Positions 63,421-64,000 of a stretch of 64,000 bases of DNA are shown here, piece by piece. How positions within the stretch are numbered: the stretch's first letter is position 1; each line of letters starts with the position of its first letter. The position numbers were made by a program, and so were the translations under genes. Source of the DNA: a virus; IMG/VR virus record IMGVR_UViG_3300036466_000585, positions 8,275 to 72,274 of that record. One strand, written 5' to 3'. The notes beneath the pieces are model-generated. The model was not told where the DNA came from, did no database searches, and saw only the letters and a list, made by a program, of their open reading frames with translations.

Positions 63421-64000
63421 GCTATTCAAGTACCAGCGCCACGTCGAGACTGGCCCCAACGGGGCGGTGATCGACTTCCGCAACACCACTGACGAGGATG
63501 CGCCTCGAGCCACGCTGCTCAGCGAGATCGACGGTTGGCGCTATGTCAGCGTCCCCGATGGGGCTGTGATGCCCGACCAGCCGGCGGAGATCAGCTGGCA
63601 GGAAGTGGCAGATCCCGCCCCCGATCTTGTCGAGCAGCTGAAGCGCGCACGGCCTGTCGCCATCGCCAAGGATGTGGTTCGGAAGCGGATCGAGCTCGAG
63701 GTCGGCGATGTTCACGACCTGGTGGCCGACTGCATGCGCCTGTGTGAGTTCTCCCTGGCCCTGAGTCTGCGTGTCAGCAACGAGGTGCTGACCGGTCAGG
63801 CGATGGAGGCATCTGTTCGCGACGCCTACACGCAGCGCGTCCAGACCGTGCTGGCCGCCATCGACTCCGGGGAGGTGGTGATGCGCTCCGACCTCGAGGA
63901 TCCCACCAGCATGATGACGCGCCTAATGGCGCGATACACCAAGATCAACGATCTGCTGGCCGAGACCTACAAGCCGGCCGTTGAGGAGTTGCTGCCGTAG
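63413..64000 (+). CDS. hypothetical protein (possible tail-fibre assembly factor)
   Basis: GAGGTG RBS; overlaps RT stop; complete at window edge. Confidence 0.65.
   Translation: MPKLFKYQRHVETGPNGAVIDFRNTTDEDAPRATLLSEIDGWRYVSVPDGAVMPDQPAEISWQEVADPAPDLVEQLKRARPVAIAKDVVRKRIELEVGDVHDLVADCMRLCEFSLALSLRVSNEVLTGQAMEASVRDAYTQRVQTVLAAIDSGEVVMRSDLEDPTSMMTRLMARYTKINDLLAETYKPAVEELLP

Larger units (their letters stand above)
1..64000. mobile_element. temperate phage/prophage with lambdoid early region and P1-like myovirus late region (ends not in window)
   Basis: Continuous phage gene content across the whole window. Confidence 0.92.

Overview
GC-rich temperate (pro)phage segment, probably from a gammaproteobacterial host (inferred from the SSB and codon style). 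No integrase, att junction or host genes are visible. Positions 1-12.2 kb are a leftward lambdoid early arm: C5 DNA methyltransferase, beta-clamp-like protein, SSB, RecT/YqaJ recombination pair, many small ORFs, a non-coding stretch with boxA and structured or tRNA-like RNA elements, a J-domain protein and an XRE repressor. Positions 12.4-18.2 kb are a rightward lambdoid arm: two Cro-like genes, BRO antirepressor, initiator with iterons, DnaC-like loader, NinB, RuvC-like resolvase and an HTH regulator. Positions 18.2-61.7 kb are a P1-like contractile-tail virion module with terminase, protease, capsid, sheath, tube, baseplate, lysis genes, portal, tape measure and Hdf/DarA/DarB/Ulx-like anti-restriction proteins. 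It ends in a tail-fibre adhesin targeted by a complete diversity-generating retroelement (VR-hairpin-avd-TR-RT; all 14 VR/TR differences lie at TR adenines). A pattern not explained by the gene annotation is a bipartite motif, GGAAAA-N29-YANNNT, found 8 times with exact spacing ahead of late gene blocks. Some of these sites appear to yield leaderless mRNAs. Family and P1-homologue calls come from recalled motifs and gene order, not from database searches.
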